Shown here piece after piece: positions 10,931 through 22,132 of a stretch of DNA of 56,996 nt; the first letter of the stretch is position 1; each line of letters starts with the position of its first letter. This DNA is from Candidatus Tectomicrobia bacterium RIFCSPLOWO2_12_FULL_69_37. GTDB taxonomy: Bacteria; UBA8248. The position numbers and the translations under genes are program-made. The DNA lies in the NCBI GenBank assembly GCA_001790955.1, contig MGDP01000055.1, positions 1-56,996 of the forward strand, written 5' to 3'. Below the pieces are notes generated by a model. The model saw nothing but the letters and a program-made list of their open reading frames with translations. It was not told where the DNA came from and did not search any database.

Positions 10931-11719
10931 CTAGCGCTGGACGTTGTTCCCCGAAAGATTGAGGGTCCGGAGCTGGCGTTTCGCCCGCTCGGTGAGAGGG
11001 TGGCGGGGGAAACGCTCGATCAGTTTTTCAAACTCCAGGGCGGCCTCCCGGGGCTTCTTCAGGCGGAGAAAAGTCAGGCCCCGCATGTAGATAGCGTCCG
11101 GAACCTTGCGGCTCGAGGGATGGAGGCCCAGTACCTTCTCGAACGCCTCGAGGGCCGGGGTGTACTCGCTCAAATCGTAGTGGCTTTCCCCCAACCAGTA
11201 ACGGGCGTTGGCCACGAGAGGGTTTGTGGGATGCCTCCGCAGGAATTCCTGGAAGAGCGAAACCGCTTCGCGGCTTTGCCGCTGACGCACCGCTCGATAG
11301 GCCAGGTTGTAGGCGTCTTCCGGCGGGAGGGAGGCCAGCCGGGAGGGTCCGCTGGGCGGAGTGCCTCCTCCGGCGGCGGGGGGGCGGGGAGCGAGCGGCG
11401 AAGGAGGAGCGGGCGGGGAGGGGGGCATCGGCTTCGCCGCCATCATCTCCCGCCGCAGCTTCTCGATCTGCTCCTCCATGCGGCTCTGCTGCCCCTGGAG
11501 TTCGCGGACCACGTTCCCAAGGGTTTTCACCTGATTGGCGAGCTGGTTGGTTTGGACTTCGAGGCGGGCGCTCCGCTCCTGCGCGGCCACGATCTGACGT
11601 TGAAGGATGTTCGGTTTCTCCTCGGCCGAGGAGGGAGCGGGTACATCCTGCCCGGACTGCGGGAAGCCCGCGCAGCCCGCGGAGCTCAGCAGCAGTAGGA
11701 CGACGAGGCTCCGGCGCAT
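10931..11719 (-). CDS. TPR-repeat protein, YbgF/CpoB-like C-terminal domain, N-terminal coiled coil, probable lipoprotein signal
   Basis: 262 aa. MRRSLVVLLLLSSAGC signal, coiled-coil segment (LEVQTNQLANQVKTLGNVVRELQGQQSRMEEQIEKL), Pro-rich linker, then YNLAYRAVRQRQSREAVSLFQEFLRRHP...ARYWLGESHY TPRs. Confidence 0.7.
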   Translation of the reverse strand: MRRSLVVLLLLSSAGCAGFPQSGQDVPAPSSAEEKPNILQRQIVAAQERSARLEVQTNQLANQVKTLGNVVRELQGQQSRMEEQIEKLRREMMAAKPMPPSPPAPPSPLAPRPPAAGGGTPPSGPSRLASLPPEDAYNLAYRAVRQRQSREAVSLFQEFLRRHPTNPLVANARYWLGESHYDLSEYTPALEAFEKVLGLHPSSRKVPDAIYMRGLTFLRLKKPREAALEFEKLIERFPRHPLTERAKRQLRTLNLSGNNVQR

Positions 11720-11785
11720 TCAACCTCTCCTTGCAACGATCGGGCAGAGCCTAATGGCGCAGGGGCGGGGGTGTCAACCGCAGGC

Positions 11786-13369
11786 TCAGACGGGGATGAC
11801 CTCGAAGCCCTCCATGTGCAGCTCGGGGTCGGGCTTGATGACGAGCTGGACGCCGAGGCGCTTCTCCACCTCTTCGACGTGCCGCCGCTCGTCCTCCAGG
11901 AGGCGGCTCCCCACGTCCGGGTGGACGTTGAGGAGGAACTTCCGGCTCTTCCGGTGGGCGTGCCGCGCCCGGCTCACCTCCCGCAGGGCCTCGTAGCCGA
12001 CCGAGGCGGGAGATTTCACCCGCCCGCGCCCCTCGCAGTAGGGGCAGGGCGCGCAGAGGGTGCGCTGGAGGCTGTCCCGCACGCGCTTGCGGGTCATCTC
12101 GACCAGGCCCAGGTCGCTGATCTTGAGGATGTTGGTACGGGAGCGGTCCTTGCGGAGCTCTTCCTTGAAGGCGTTGTAGACCTTCTCCTTGCTCTCCTCC
12201 CGCTCCATGTCGATGAAGTCCACGATGATGATCCCGCCCAGGTTGCGGAGGCGGAGCTGGGTGACGATCTCGCGCACGGCCTCGAGGTTGGTCTGGAGGA
12301 TGGTCTCCTCGGGATTCCGCTTGCCCACGAAGCGCCCCGTGTTCACGTCGATGGTGGTGAGGGCCTCGGTCTGGTCGATCACGATGTAGCCTCCGCTGCG
12401 GAGCCATACCCGCTGGCCCAGCGCCCGCTCGATCTCGAGCTCGATGCCGTAGTGGTCGAAGATGGGCTCCTCCTCCGCGTAGTGCTGGAGCCGGGGAAGG
12501 AGGTGAGGGTAGTAGCTCTCCAGGAAGGAGCGGCAGCGGGCGTACTCCTCTTCGTCGTCGATGACCATGCGGTCCACGGAGGAATTGAACAGATCCCGGA
12601 CGGTCCGCTGGATGAGATTGAGGTTGTAGTGGAGCAGGGAAGGAGCCCCCGCTCGCTCGTTCTTGAGCAGGACGTCCTCCCACAGGGCGTGGAGGAAGCC
12701 GACGTTCGCCTCGATGTCTTCGGCGGGCATGCCCTCGCTGGCGGTGCGGACGATGTAGCCCGCACCCGGCTGCCGGTTCTTGCGCACGAGCTTGCGCAGG
12801 CGGCGGCGTTCCGTGTCGTCCTCGATCCGGCGGCTGATCCCGATCTGATTGATGGTCGGCATGTAGACGACGTAGCGGCCGGGAAGGGTGACGTAGCTCG
12901 TGAGGCGGGAGCCCTTCGTGCCGAGGGGCTCCTTGCTGACCTGCACGATCACCTCCTGGTTCTCCTTGAGGAGGTCTTGGATGGTCTGTGCCTTCTCCCC
13001 GCGGCGGGGTCGGCGGCTGGCCCGCGGGCGAGAGAGGGCCCCCCGGCCCTCCTCGTCCCCGTTGGATTCGAAGTCCAGGTCCTCTTCTTCGTCGTCCTCG
13101 ATCTCCTCGGCCGCGAGCTTGCGGTAGTTCTCGATGGACTCGATGGTGTCCACGTCGCTCACGTAGAGGAAGCCCGCCTTGTCCAGGCCGATGTCCACGA
13201 AGGCGGCCTGCATGCCGGGGAGCACCTTGGTCACCCGGCCTTTGTAGATGTTCCCGACGATGCTCTTCTCGGTCTCGCGCTCGATGTAGAGCTCGATGGC
13301 GACCCCGTTCTCGATGAGGGCCACGCGGGTCTGGAAGGGCTCGGCGTTGACGACGATCTCAGAGGACAT
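11786..13369 (-). CDS. rng: ribonuclease E/G family endoribonuclease (RNase G-like)
   Basis: 527 aa. S1 domain (GNIYKGRVTKVLPGMQAAFVDIGLDKAGFLYVSD) and catalytic core (GGIIIVDFIDM). Confidence 0.9.
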   Translation of the reverse strand: MSSEIVVNAEPFQTRVALIENGVAIELYIERETEKSIVGNIYKGRVTKVLPGMQAAFVDIGLDKAGFLYVSDVDTIESIENYRKLAAEEIEDDEEEDLDFESNGDEEGRGALSRPRASRRPRRGEKAQTIQDLLKENQEVIVQVSKEPLGTKGSRLTSYVTLPGRYVVYMPTINQIGISRRIEDDTERRRLRKLVRKNRQPGAGYIVRTASEGMPAEDIEANVGFLHALWEDVLLKNERAGAPSLLHYNLNLIQRTVRDLFNSSVDRMVIDDEEEYARCRSFLESYYPHLLPRLQHYAEEEPIFDHYGIELEIERALGQRVWLRSGGYIVIDQTEALTTIDVNTGRFVGKRNPEETILQTNLEAVREIVTQLRLRNLGGIIIVDFIDMEREESKEKVYNAFKEELRKDRSRTNILKISDLGLVEMTRKRVRDSLQRTLCAPCPYCEGRGRVKSPASVGYEALREVSRARHAHRKSRKFLLNVHPDVGSRLLEDERRHVEEVEKRLGVQLVIKPDPELHMEGFEVIPV

Positions 13370-16154
13370 AGGCGACCGGGCGGGCGTTTCCCGCCCTCCA
13401 GCGGACGCCGACCTTCCGCACGCGGGCGCGCAGGCAATCCTCGGGGGAGAGGCCCAGGCACGCGACGAGGAGTTCGGCGACCTTGGGGGTGGCCCCCTCC
13501 CCGCTCCGCAGGGCGAGGCGCAAGCGAAGCCCCTGCGCGACTTCGAGGCGGGCGATGGAGGGCCGGGCGTCGAACCGGACGGTCCGGCCCTTCCGCTCGC
13601 GCTCTATCATCAGGGTGGGAGAGGCGAGGGCGCGCCCGACGCCCCGCTCCAGCGCGGCGCGGTCCAACCCGTCCTCCGCGGGCAGGTAAATCTCATATAG
13701 AGAAGCCGCGAGAGCGTTCGCGGCGGAGGGATCTCCGGCGGGGAGTTCCCAGCCCGCCAGCGGCCGCAGCCCTTCGGGCAGGGAAGCCTTCAGGCGGCGG
13801 AATGCCTCGCCCAGCCGCAGGGGGCTCGCGGTTTCGAGCAGGGGGATGTCCACCACCTCGGCCCGGCTCTCCACCCCGACCGGCAGGGCGGGGGAGAAGA
13901 CGATCTTGGGATGGGGGTTGAAGCCTCGGGAGTGCTCCATCCGGTAGCCGGCCCGCTGGATGGCGCGGTTGAAGGTGCGCAACACCTCCAGGTGGCTGAG
14001 GAAGCGCAGGTCCCCCCGCTTCTCGAAGACGAAGCGGAAACGCCTAACCGGGAGGTCCGGCGGCTCGGCCGCGAGGCCGGGGTTGTCCTCTCCGGCCCCC
14101 TCGAAGCCCAGGGGCACGGGGCCGTCCTCCCGCGGGGTGGGGCGCCGCCGCTCGCGGCGGCGGGCGGACTGCTTGGCCAGGGCAAGCTCCACGGGCTCGG
14201 GCGGGGCTAGGTCCGCGCCCAGGGGGAGGTCGGCGGCCTGGGGCGCGGCGCAGGAGTTTCCTTCCTCGGCCTTGGGGGAGAACAGGGGCAGCGGCCCCTC
14301 GGCGGGCGGCAGGGGCTTCTCGTAGTGATACTTGATGCCCTTGTACTTATCGAGGATGCCGCACTGGCCGCAAGACTCGTAACGGCAGTCGCCGATGGTG
14401 ATCTCGCGCAGGGCGCGGTGCCAGTCGGCGAGCTGGTAATCCTTCGTGACGCCGCAGTCGAGGTGATCCCAGGCGAGGGGCTCCTCGACGGGAATCTCCC
14501 GGTAGGCGTACCACTCCGGGTCGAGCCCGTGGGCGGCGAAAGCGGCCGTCCACTTGGCGACGTCGAAGAACTCCTTCCACCCGTCGAACTTGCAGCCCAG
14601 GCCCACCGCCGTCTCGATGACGCCCGCTAGGCGGCGGTCGCCCTTCGAGAGGACGGCTTCGAGGAAGCTGTGGGCGGGGTCGGACCAGTGGAGCTTGATT
14701 CGCCGGTCGGGCACGCGGCGCTTGATGAAGTCGAGCTTCGCCTTGATCTCCTCCCGGCGGTTCTGGGGGAACCACTGGAAGGGGGTGTGGGGCTTGGGGA
14801 CGAAGGTGGAGAGGCTCGCGTTGATGAAGCGGAAGCGTTCGCCCGTCTCCCCCGAGCGCATCTGACCGCAGGCCATGAGCATGTCGCACAGCTGGCGGAG
14901 GTCCTCGAAGGTTTCGGTCGGGAGCCCGAGCATGAAGTAGAACTTCACGCCCGGCCAGCCGGCGTCGAGGATGTCCTGGAGGTTGCGCCGCAGGTCGGCC
15001 TCGGTGAGCACCTTGTTGATGACGTTGCGCAGCCGCTCGCTCCCCGCTTCGGGGACGAGGGTGAAGCCGGTGCGCCGCACCCGGGCGATCTGGGCGAGGA
15101 GGTCCGGGCTCATGGCCCCCACCCGGAGAGAGGGCAGAGAGATGGAGGTCTGCATCGGGGCGAGCCGCTCCATCAGCCGGGGCACGAGGCCCTTGAGGGG
15201 CTGGTAGTCGGCGATGCAGAGGGAGGAGAGGCTGAGCTCCTCGTAGCCGGTGTTGCGCAGCGATTCCTCAGCCAGCTCCATGACCTTGTGGGGGTCCCGG
15301 TCCCGCACGGGACGGTACACCATCCCCGCGTGGCAGAAGCGGCAGCCCCGGGTGCAGCCCCGCTGCACCTCCAAGGTGACGCGGTCGTGCACCACCTGGG
15401 TGTAGGGGACGATGGGGGCGGTCGGGTGAGGAGATCGGTTCAGGTCTTCGAGCCGGCGGGCGAGGACGGGCCGCCGGTGGCCGCTCGCGTGGCGGAAGCC
15501 CCGGACGCTGCCGGAAGGATCGTGCTCGACGGCGTAGCGGCCGGGGACGTAGATGCCCCGGAGGCGCTCCAAGCGGTCGAGGAGCGCCTCGCGGGATTCT
15601 CCGGAGCGGCGCCAAGCTTCGTGGGCTTCCACTATCTCGGGGAACACTTCCTCGCCGTCCCCGAGAGCCACGGCGTCGAAGAAGGGGGCGACGGGCTCGA
15701 CGTTGAAGACGACCGGCCCGCCCGCCACGACGAGCGGATCCTCGCGGCGGCGCTGGGCGGCGCGGCGCGGGATGCCGGCCAGGTCCAGGAGGAGGACGAC
15801 GTTGCTGGCGGCCAGCTCGTAGAGGAGGGAGACCCCCAGGATGTGGAACTCCCGCACCGGGGTACGGCTCTCCAGGGTGGCCAGGGGCGAGCCCTTCTCC
15901 CGCAGGATGCGCTCGAAGTCGCTCCAAGGGAGGAAGACGCGCTCGGCGGCGATGTCGTCCCGCGCGTTCAGGAGGTGGTAGAGGATGCGGATGCCGTTGT
16001 GGGACATCCCCACTTCGTAGGTGTCCGGGAAGGCCAGGGCGACCCGGTTGCGCACCCGGGAGAGGTCCTTGCGGACGGCGTTGACCTCGTTGCCCAGGTA
16101 GCGCGACGGCTTCTGGACGAAGGGAAAGACGTCCCGCGCATAATCCAGCGTCAT
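13359..16154 (-). CDS. fused radical SAM protein (TIGR03960-like B12-binding/radical SAM N-part + TIGR03936/DUF2344-like C-part)
   Basis: 931 aa. CTRGCRFCHAG CxxxCxxC radical SAM motif, Pro/Arg-rich linker, then RFRFVFEKRGDLRFLSHLEVLRTFNRAIQRAGY, typical of the radical-SAM-linked partner protein. TIGRFAM IDs are from memory. Confidence 0.8.
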   Translation of the reverse strand: MTLDYARDVFPFVQKPSRYLGNEVNAVRKDLSRVRNRVALAFPDTYEVGMSHNGIRILYHLLNARDDIAAERVFLPWSDFERILREKGSPLATLESRTPVREFHILGVSLLYELAASNVVLLLDLAGIPRRAAQRRREDPLVVAGGPVVFNVEPVAPFFDAVALGDGEEVFPEIVEAHEAWRRSGESREALLDRLERLRGIYVPGRYAVEHDPSGSVRGFRHASGHRRPVLARRLEDLNRSPHPTAPIVPYTQVVHDRVTLEVQRGCTRGCRFCHAGMVYRPVRDRDPHKVMELAEESLRNTGYEELSLSSLCIADYQPLKGLVPRLMERLAPMQTSISLPSLRVGAMSPDLLAQIARVRRTGFTLVPEAGSERLRNVINKVLTEADLRRNLQDILDAGWPGVKFYFMLGLPTETFEDLRQLCDMLMACGQMRSGETGERFRFINASLSTFVPKPHTPFQWFPQNRREEIKAKLDFIKRRVPDRRIKLHWSDPAHSFLEAVLSKGDRRLAGVIETAVGLGCKFDGWKEFFDVAKWTAAFAAHGLDPEWYAYREIPVEEPLAWDHLDCGVTKDYQLADWHRALREITIGDCRYESCGQCGILDKYKGIKYHYEKPLPPAEGPLPLFSPKAEEGNSCAAPQAADLPLGADLAPPEPVELALAKQSARRRERRRPTPREDGPVPLGFEGAGEDNPGLAAEPPDLPVRRFRFVFEKRGDLRFLSHLEVLRTFNRAIQRAGYRMEHSRGFNPHPKIVFSPALPVGVESRAEVVDIPLLETASPLRLGEAFRRLKASLPEGLRPLAGWELPAGDPSAANALAASLYEIYLPAEDGLDRAALERGVGRALASPTLMIERERKGRTVRFDARPSIARLEVAQGLRLRLALRSGEGATPKVAELLVACLGLSPEDCLRARVRKVGVRWRAGNARPVAYVL

Positions 16155-16348
16155 GTTCTGTACCTGCGATCTTCATCCTTCCCGGAATACCCGGAAAGGG
16201 AATCTACGCCGTGAGCGCCCCTCCCGGCGCTCGAGGCGCGAGCGGGGCGGCTGCTGGTCATAGTGCGGGAATCAGGCCGATTTTTCAACTGGGCGCGATT
16301 TCGGATATGAAAGTCTTGTTCCGGTGGGAGAATATTAAGGCGGCCGGT

Positions 16349-17491
16349 TCAGAACGCGGTGAACCCCTTGCGGCGCATCCGCACGTTGACGACTAGGCCC
16401 ACAGCGATGAAAGAGGCGAGGGAGGCGCTCCCGCCGTAGCTGACCAGGGGAAGGGGGATGCCCACGATGGGAATGAGGCCCAGGGTCATGCCGATGTTGA
16501 AGGCCGAGTAGAGGAAGAAGGAGGTGGCCACCCCGGTGGCGATGAGGGCGCCCTCCTTGTCTCCGGCGTTCAGGGCGGCCAGCATGCAGCGGTGGATGAA
16601 GATCAAGAAGACCACGAGAAGGAGGGTCGCTCCCACGAAGCCCAGCTCCTCGCTCAGGACCGAGAAGATGAAGTCGGTGTGTTTCTCGGGCAGGAAGTGG
16701 AGGCGGCTCTGTGTCCCCTGGAGCAGGCCCTTTCCCCAGAACTCCCCGCTCCCGACGGCGATCTTGCTCTGCATGCTTTGGTAGCCGGTGCCGAGGGGGT
16801 CGGCGTCCGGGTTGAAGAGGGTGAAAATGCGGTTCCGCTGGTAGTCCTTCAGGAAAACCCAGCCCACCGGAGCCATGACCAGGAGCCCCGCGCCGATCAC
16901 GTAGAGGAGCCGCCGCTGCACCCCCACGGTGAACACCATGACGGCGGCGGTGAGGAAGATGGTGAAGGCCGTGCCGAGGTCGGGCTGCTTGGCGATCAGG
17001 ACCACCGGGATCATGACCAGGCCGAAGGGATAAAGGAGCTCGCCCAGCCGGAGGGGCTCGGTGCTGTCCCGTGAACCGAAGATGCGCGCGAGGAGCAGGA
17101 TGATGGCGAGGCGGGCCACCTCGGACGGCTGCAGCCGCATGGGGCCCAGAACGAGCCACCGCTTGGCCCCGTACACCACCCGCCCCGCGACCAGGACCAT
17201 GATCAGTAGGAGGATGACGAGGCCGAAGATGAAATAGGCCGTCCGGGTGAAGTGGTGGTAGTCGAAGAGGAGGATGAACGCCAGCACCACGAGGCCGAGG
17301 GTGGACCATAGGGCCTGTTTCCAGTGGAGGCCGTTGGCCAGGAGGTCCGGGTTGGAGTGGACGGCGCTGTAGATCATGAGGACGCCCACGACCGAGAGGA
17401 GGAGGGTCGTTCCCACCAGGAGCCAGTCCACCTGGCCGAGGGCCCGCCGGAAGGGCGAGAGGGTCTTGAGGAGAGGCGCACTAGTCCTCAA
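16349..17491 (-). CDS. rodA: rod shape-determining SEDS glycosyltransferase RodA
   Basis: 380 aa polytopic FtsW/RodA family protein (PDLGTAF, SYGGSASLASFIAVGLV). Follows mrdA. Confidence 0.9.
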   Translation of the reverse strand: MRTSAPLLKTLSPFRRALGQVDWLLVGTTLLLSVVGVLMIYSAVHSNPDLLANGLHWKQALWSTLGLVVLAFILLFDYHHFTRTAYFIFGLVILLLIMVLVAGRVVYGAKRWLVLGPMRLQPSEVARLAIILLLARIFGSRDSTEPLRLGELLYPFGLVMIPVVLIAKQPDLGTAFTIFLTAAVMVFTVGVQRRLLYVIGAGLLVMAPVGWVFLKDYQRNRIFTLFNPDADPLGTGYQSMQSKIAVGSGEFWGKGLLQGTQSRLHFLPEKHTDFIFSVLSEELGFVGATLLLVVFLIFIHRCMLAALNAGDKEGALIATGVATSFFLYSAFNIGMTLGLIPIVGIPLPLVSYGGSASLASFIAVGLVVNVRMRRKGFTAF

Positions 17492-19397
17492 GGAGGTTTT
17501 CCTCCTGGCGGGTGGCGGCGGCTTGAGCCGGCCGGGTCCTCCCGGGGGCCGAGGCTACCGTCTGGGGCGGCTGCACGGGAACGCCCAGGTAGAAGGCGAT
17601 GAGGTCGCGGGCGAGGGGTGCGAAGGAGGAGCCAGCCTTCCCCGTGTGCTCGCCCAGGATGGCGATGGCGATCTTAGGGTCGTCAAAGGGCGCGAAGGCC
17701 ACGAACCAGCCGTGGTCGCGGAATTTCCGCGGGAGGTCCTCGGGCTTGGCCTTCCTCCCCGTGAGGTTCAGGCGGACGGTCTGGGCCGTCCCCGTCTTCC
17801 CCGAGACGATCACGTCGGCGAGGGCGGCTTTCTTGGCGGTGCCCCGGGGGCCGTTCACCACCTCGCGGAGCCCCTCCCGCACGATGTCGAAGACTTCTTT
17901 CCCGATGGGGATCCGGCGGATGGGGGTGGGCAGATGCTCGTGGATGACCTCTCCCACCGGGGAAGTCACCCGGCGCACGACGAAGGGTTTCCACAAGGTT
18001 CCGCCGTTGGCGACCGTGGCGATGAGGTTCGCGGCCTGCATGGGGGTGATGAGGTTGAAGCCCTGGCCAATGGAGACGCTGATGGTTTCGCCCGGGTACC
18101 ATTTTTCCTTGAAGCGCCTGCGCTTCCATTCGTCCGAGGGGACGAGGCCGCCCTTCTCCGCCGGGTCGTACCCGGTGGGCTCTCCCAGGCCGAACATGTG
18201 GGAGTAGCGGGCGATCCGCTCGATCCCCAGCTTGTTGCCGGCGGTGTAGTAGTACACGTCGCAGCTCTGGGCGAGAGACTGGACCATGTCAATGGGGCCG
18301 TGCCCGCCCTCCTTCCAGTCGGCGAAGACGCGCTTCCCGAAGGGGAAGGAGCCGCTGCAGTAGACCTTCTCGTCGGGGCGCATGACTTTCTCGTTCAGGG
18401 TCGCGAAGGCCATGACGATCTTGAAGATCGAGCCGGGCGGGTACTGCCCGCGGGTGGAGCGGTTCTCGAGGGGCTTGAGGGGGTCGCTCATGAGGCTGCG
18501 CCACGCCTGGCTGCGGATGCCGCCGGCGAACTGGTTCGGGTCGATGGGCGGGTTGCTGACCATGGCCAGGATGGCCCCGTCGTTCGGGTCGAGGGCGACG
18601 ATGCCCCCCTCGAAGTCCCGGAATAGCTCCTCCGCCTTGGCCTGGAGGCCGTCGTTGATGGTGAGGTGCAGGTTGCTCCCCGGCTTTTCGACGAAGGGAC
18701 GCACCACCCGCAGCTCGCGCCCGTAGGCGTCCACCTCGACCTGCTTGAACCCGGTCTCTCCCCGCAGGTAGTTCTCGAAGGAGCGCTCCACGCCGTACTT
18801 GCCCAGGAGATCCCCCTGGCGGTAGTTGAACTCGGTGAGCTCCTGGAGCTGCTGGCCGTCCACCTCCCCGAGGTAGCCCAGCACATGCCCGCCCCGGCGC
18901 TCGGTCCGGTAGTTTCGCAGGGGTGCGATCTGGGTATAAACCCCCGGGAAGTCCGGCCGGTGCTCCTCGAAGAAGGCGACGGTGTTCCGGTCCACGTCGG
19001 CCTTGATGAGGAAGGGCCGGAAGGGGTTGGCGCGCCGCACCTTTTCGCGCAGCTCGTCGTAGGGCTGGTCGGTCATCCGGGCGAGGTGGCGGACAGCCTC
19101 GTCCAGGTCGGTCGAGTTCTCCTTGACCAGGTAGAGGTTGAACGAGGCGCGGTTGTCGGCGAGGAGGCGTCCCGAGCTGTCGTAAATGAGGCCTCGGGGG
19201 CTGCGCACGACGCGGTAGGCGATGCGGTTGTTCTCCGACAGGGCGCGGAACTTTTCGCCTTGCAGCACTTGAAGGTGCCACAGCCGCACGAAGAGCACCA
19301 TGAGGAAGAGGCTGAAGGCGAGCGCCAGCCACTGCATCCGCCGGCGCATCTTGTCTGGCGTCTCGCCCCCCATCCTGCCGAAGCCGCGCCGGAACAC
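17481..19397 (-). CDS. mrdA: penicillin-binding protein 2 (elongasome transpeptidase)
   Basis: 638 aa. PBP dimerisation and transpeptidase domains (PPGSIFK SxxK motif, KTGTAQ KTG motif). mreBCD-mrdA-rodA order. Confidence 0.92.
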   Translation of the reverse strand: MFRRGFGRMGGETPDKMRRRMQWLALAFSLFLMVLFVRLWHLQVLQGEKFRALSENNRIAYRVVRSPRGLIYDSSGRLLADNRASFNLYLVKENSTDLDEAVRHLARMTDQPYDELREKVRRANPFRPFLIKADVDRNTVAFFEEHRPDFPGVYTQIAPLRNYRTERRGGHVLGYLGEVDGQQLQELTEFNYRQGDLLGKYGVERSFENYLRGETGFKQVEVDAYGRELRVVRPFVEKPGSNLHLTINDGLQAKAEELFRDFEGGIVALDPNDGAILAMVSNPPIDPNQFAGGIRSQAWRSLMSDPLKPLENRSTRGQYPPGSIFKIVMAFATLNEKVMRPDEKVYCSGSFPFGKRVFADWKEGGHGPIDMVQSLAQSCDVYYYTAGNKLGIERIARYSHMFGLGEPTGYDPAEKGGLVPSDEWKRRRFKEKWYPGETISVSIGQGFNLITPMQAANLIATVANGGTLWKPFVVRRVTSPVGEVIHEHLPTPIRRIPIGKEVFDIVREGLREVVNGPRGTAKKAALADVIVSGKTGTAQTVRLNLTGRKAKPEDLPRKFRDHGWFVAFAPFDDPKIAIAILGEHTGKAGSSFAPLARDLIAFYLGVPVQPPQTVASAPGRTRPAQAAATRQEENLLED

Positions 19398-19400
19398 GGC

Positions 19401-19922
19401 TCAGGACCTCTCCGGATAAGGGGTGCCGGCGGCGGCGGGGAAGATCCGCTCCTCGGCGCCGACGAGAAGCCCAACGAGCAGGGGGGCGAGGAAGGTGTTC
19501 AGCAGGGTCGTCTTGCCCGCCTCCAGCCAGTATTGGGGATGGATCTGCACATCGGGCAGGAACACGAAGAGCAGCGTGACCATGAGGGTGGAGTTGAAGA
19601 CCGAAGCGAAAAAGGCCAGGAGCGCGTGGAAGAGCGCCTCCCGACCGGACACGTTCCGCCTGAGGCTCCCCGTCGCGTGCCCGATGAGCCCCTTGGAGAG
19701 GGCGTTCGCCCCGAGCAGCCCTCCCGTCAGGACGTCCTGGAGCAGGCCAAGGAAGAATCCCCCGATGAGGCCGGTTTCCTGGCCCCGTTGCAGGCCGAGG
19801 TACACGACGATGAGCGTCATGGCGTCCGGCCGCGCGCCGAGCCACGCCTTGAAGTACTCGGAGACGGTCGATTGGAACACGATCGCCCCCGCACCGACCA
19901 GGCAGTAGAAGATCACGATCAT
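19401..19922 (-). CDS. mreD: rod shape-determining protein MreD
   Basis: Internal ATG at 19922 of track ORF 19401..20798. 173 aa hydrophobic protein starting MIVIFYCLVGAGAIVFQ. ATGA overlap with the mreC stop. Confidence 0.8.
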   Translation of the reverse strand: MIVIFYCLVGAGAIVFQSTVSEYFKAWLGARPDAMTLIVVYLGLQRGQETGLIGGFFLGLLQDVLTGGLLGANALSKGLIGHATGSLRRNVSGREALFHALLAFFASVFNSTLMVTLLFVFLPDVQIHPQYWLEAGKTTLLNTFLAPLLVGLLVGAEERIFPAAAGTPYPERS

Positions 19923-20755
19923 GGCCGGCCGGCCTCCTGCTCGGGTGCGATCATGATCAGCACCTCTTCGAGGCTGTTGAAGTCCACCGCGGGCCGCGCC
20001 TCCACCTGGCGGAAGAGCCGCTCGCCCTTGGGGCCCACCTTGGTGACCCAGGCGACGGGCAGGCCCTTGGGGAAGACCCCGCCCAGGCCCGAGGCGATGA
20101 GCAGGTCGCCCTCCTGCACGTCGCTGTCGGTCGCCAGGTAGCGGACCTCGCCCTTGCCGCCGGGGGCCATGGAGAAAATCCCCTGGGCCCGGGTCCTTTG
20201 GACGATCACGTCCACGGCGCTGCGTGAGTCCGTGAGGAGGAGGACCCGGCTCGCCGTTTGCCCCGCGCGGGAGATGCGCCCCACCACGCCCGCCTGATTC
20301 ACCACCGGCATGCCGTGCCTCACCCCATGGGAGGTTCCGAGATCCACCAGGAGGGTCTGCCCGAAGGGGCTGGCGTCCTGCCCCAAGATGTGGGCGAGCC
20401 GGACGGGGACGGAGAGGCCGCGGCTCGCGGTCAGCTGGCTTTCGAGGCGGCGGACCTTGGCCTCCAGCTCCCGCAGCTGGAAGGAGAGGCCGCGCATGGC
20501 GGTGATCTGCTTCTTCAGGACGAGGTTTTCCTCGCGCATGTCGCGCAGGAGGAGGTACTGGCGCCCGAGATCGCGCATCCAGCGCTTGGGGGCGCCAGCC
20601 GCCTCGAGCAGGGGCCCTGCGATGGAGAGCGCTCCCCGCTCGATGAGGGTGATGCTTCCCTGGCGGCGCACGCTCAGGGTCATCAGCGTGAAGCAGATGA
20701 GAAAGAGAGACGTGAGCAGCGTTGCGCTGCGCCGTTCGAGAATGAGCTGGAACAT
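19919..20755 (-). CDS. mreC: rod shape-determining protein MreC
   Basis: 278 aa. N-terminal TM, coiled coil (LELEAKVRRLESQL), beta-barrel domains (GMPVVNQAGVVGRI). Confidence 0.9.
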   Translation of the reverse strand: MFQLILERRSATLLTSLFLICFTLMTLSVRRQGSITLIERGALSIAGPLLEAAGAPKRWMRDLGRQYLLLRDMREENLVLKKQITAMRGLSFQLRELEAKVRRLESQLTASRGLSVPVRLAHILGQDASPFGQTLLVDLGTSHGVRHGMPVVNQAGVVGRISRAGQTASRVLLLTDSRSAVDVIVQRTRAQGIFSMAPGGKGEVRYLATDSDVQEGDLLIASGLGGVFPKGLPVAWVTKVGPKGERLFRQVEARPAVDFNSLEEVLIMIAPEQEAGRP

Positions 20756-20834
20756 GCCCCTTTGCGCATTCTCCGCCGGCGGGAGCGGACGGCCTCACGC
20801 CCGGCGCGGGCGGAAGGAGTTGAGCCGCGGATCC

Positions 20835-21932
<1,098 letters not shown>

Positions 21933-22132
21933 TCAGGGGTGAAAAAATCAAGTAAAACCAATATTTAGGGGAAAAGAGGCCGCCGCCCGCTCTCCCCGGG
22001 CGGGCCGTGAGCGAGAGGGGGAAGGGGCCACCTGCGGGGTTGCGGGGGGCCGGAAGGTGGGCTATCGTAGCCCGCTCTCGCCGCCGGGAAGTAGAGCTTT
22101 CCCTGCTGGATTGCTTGGGAGATGACTTCGGC

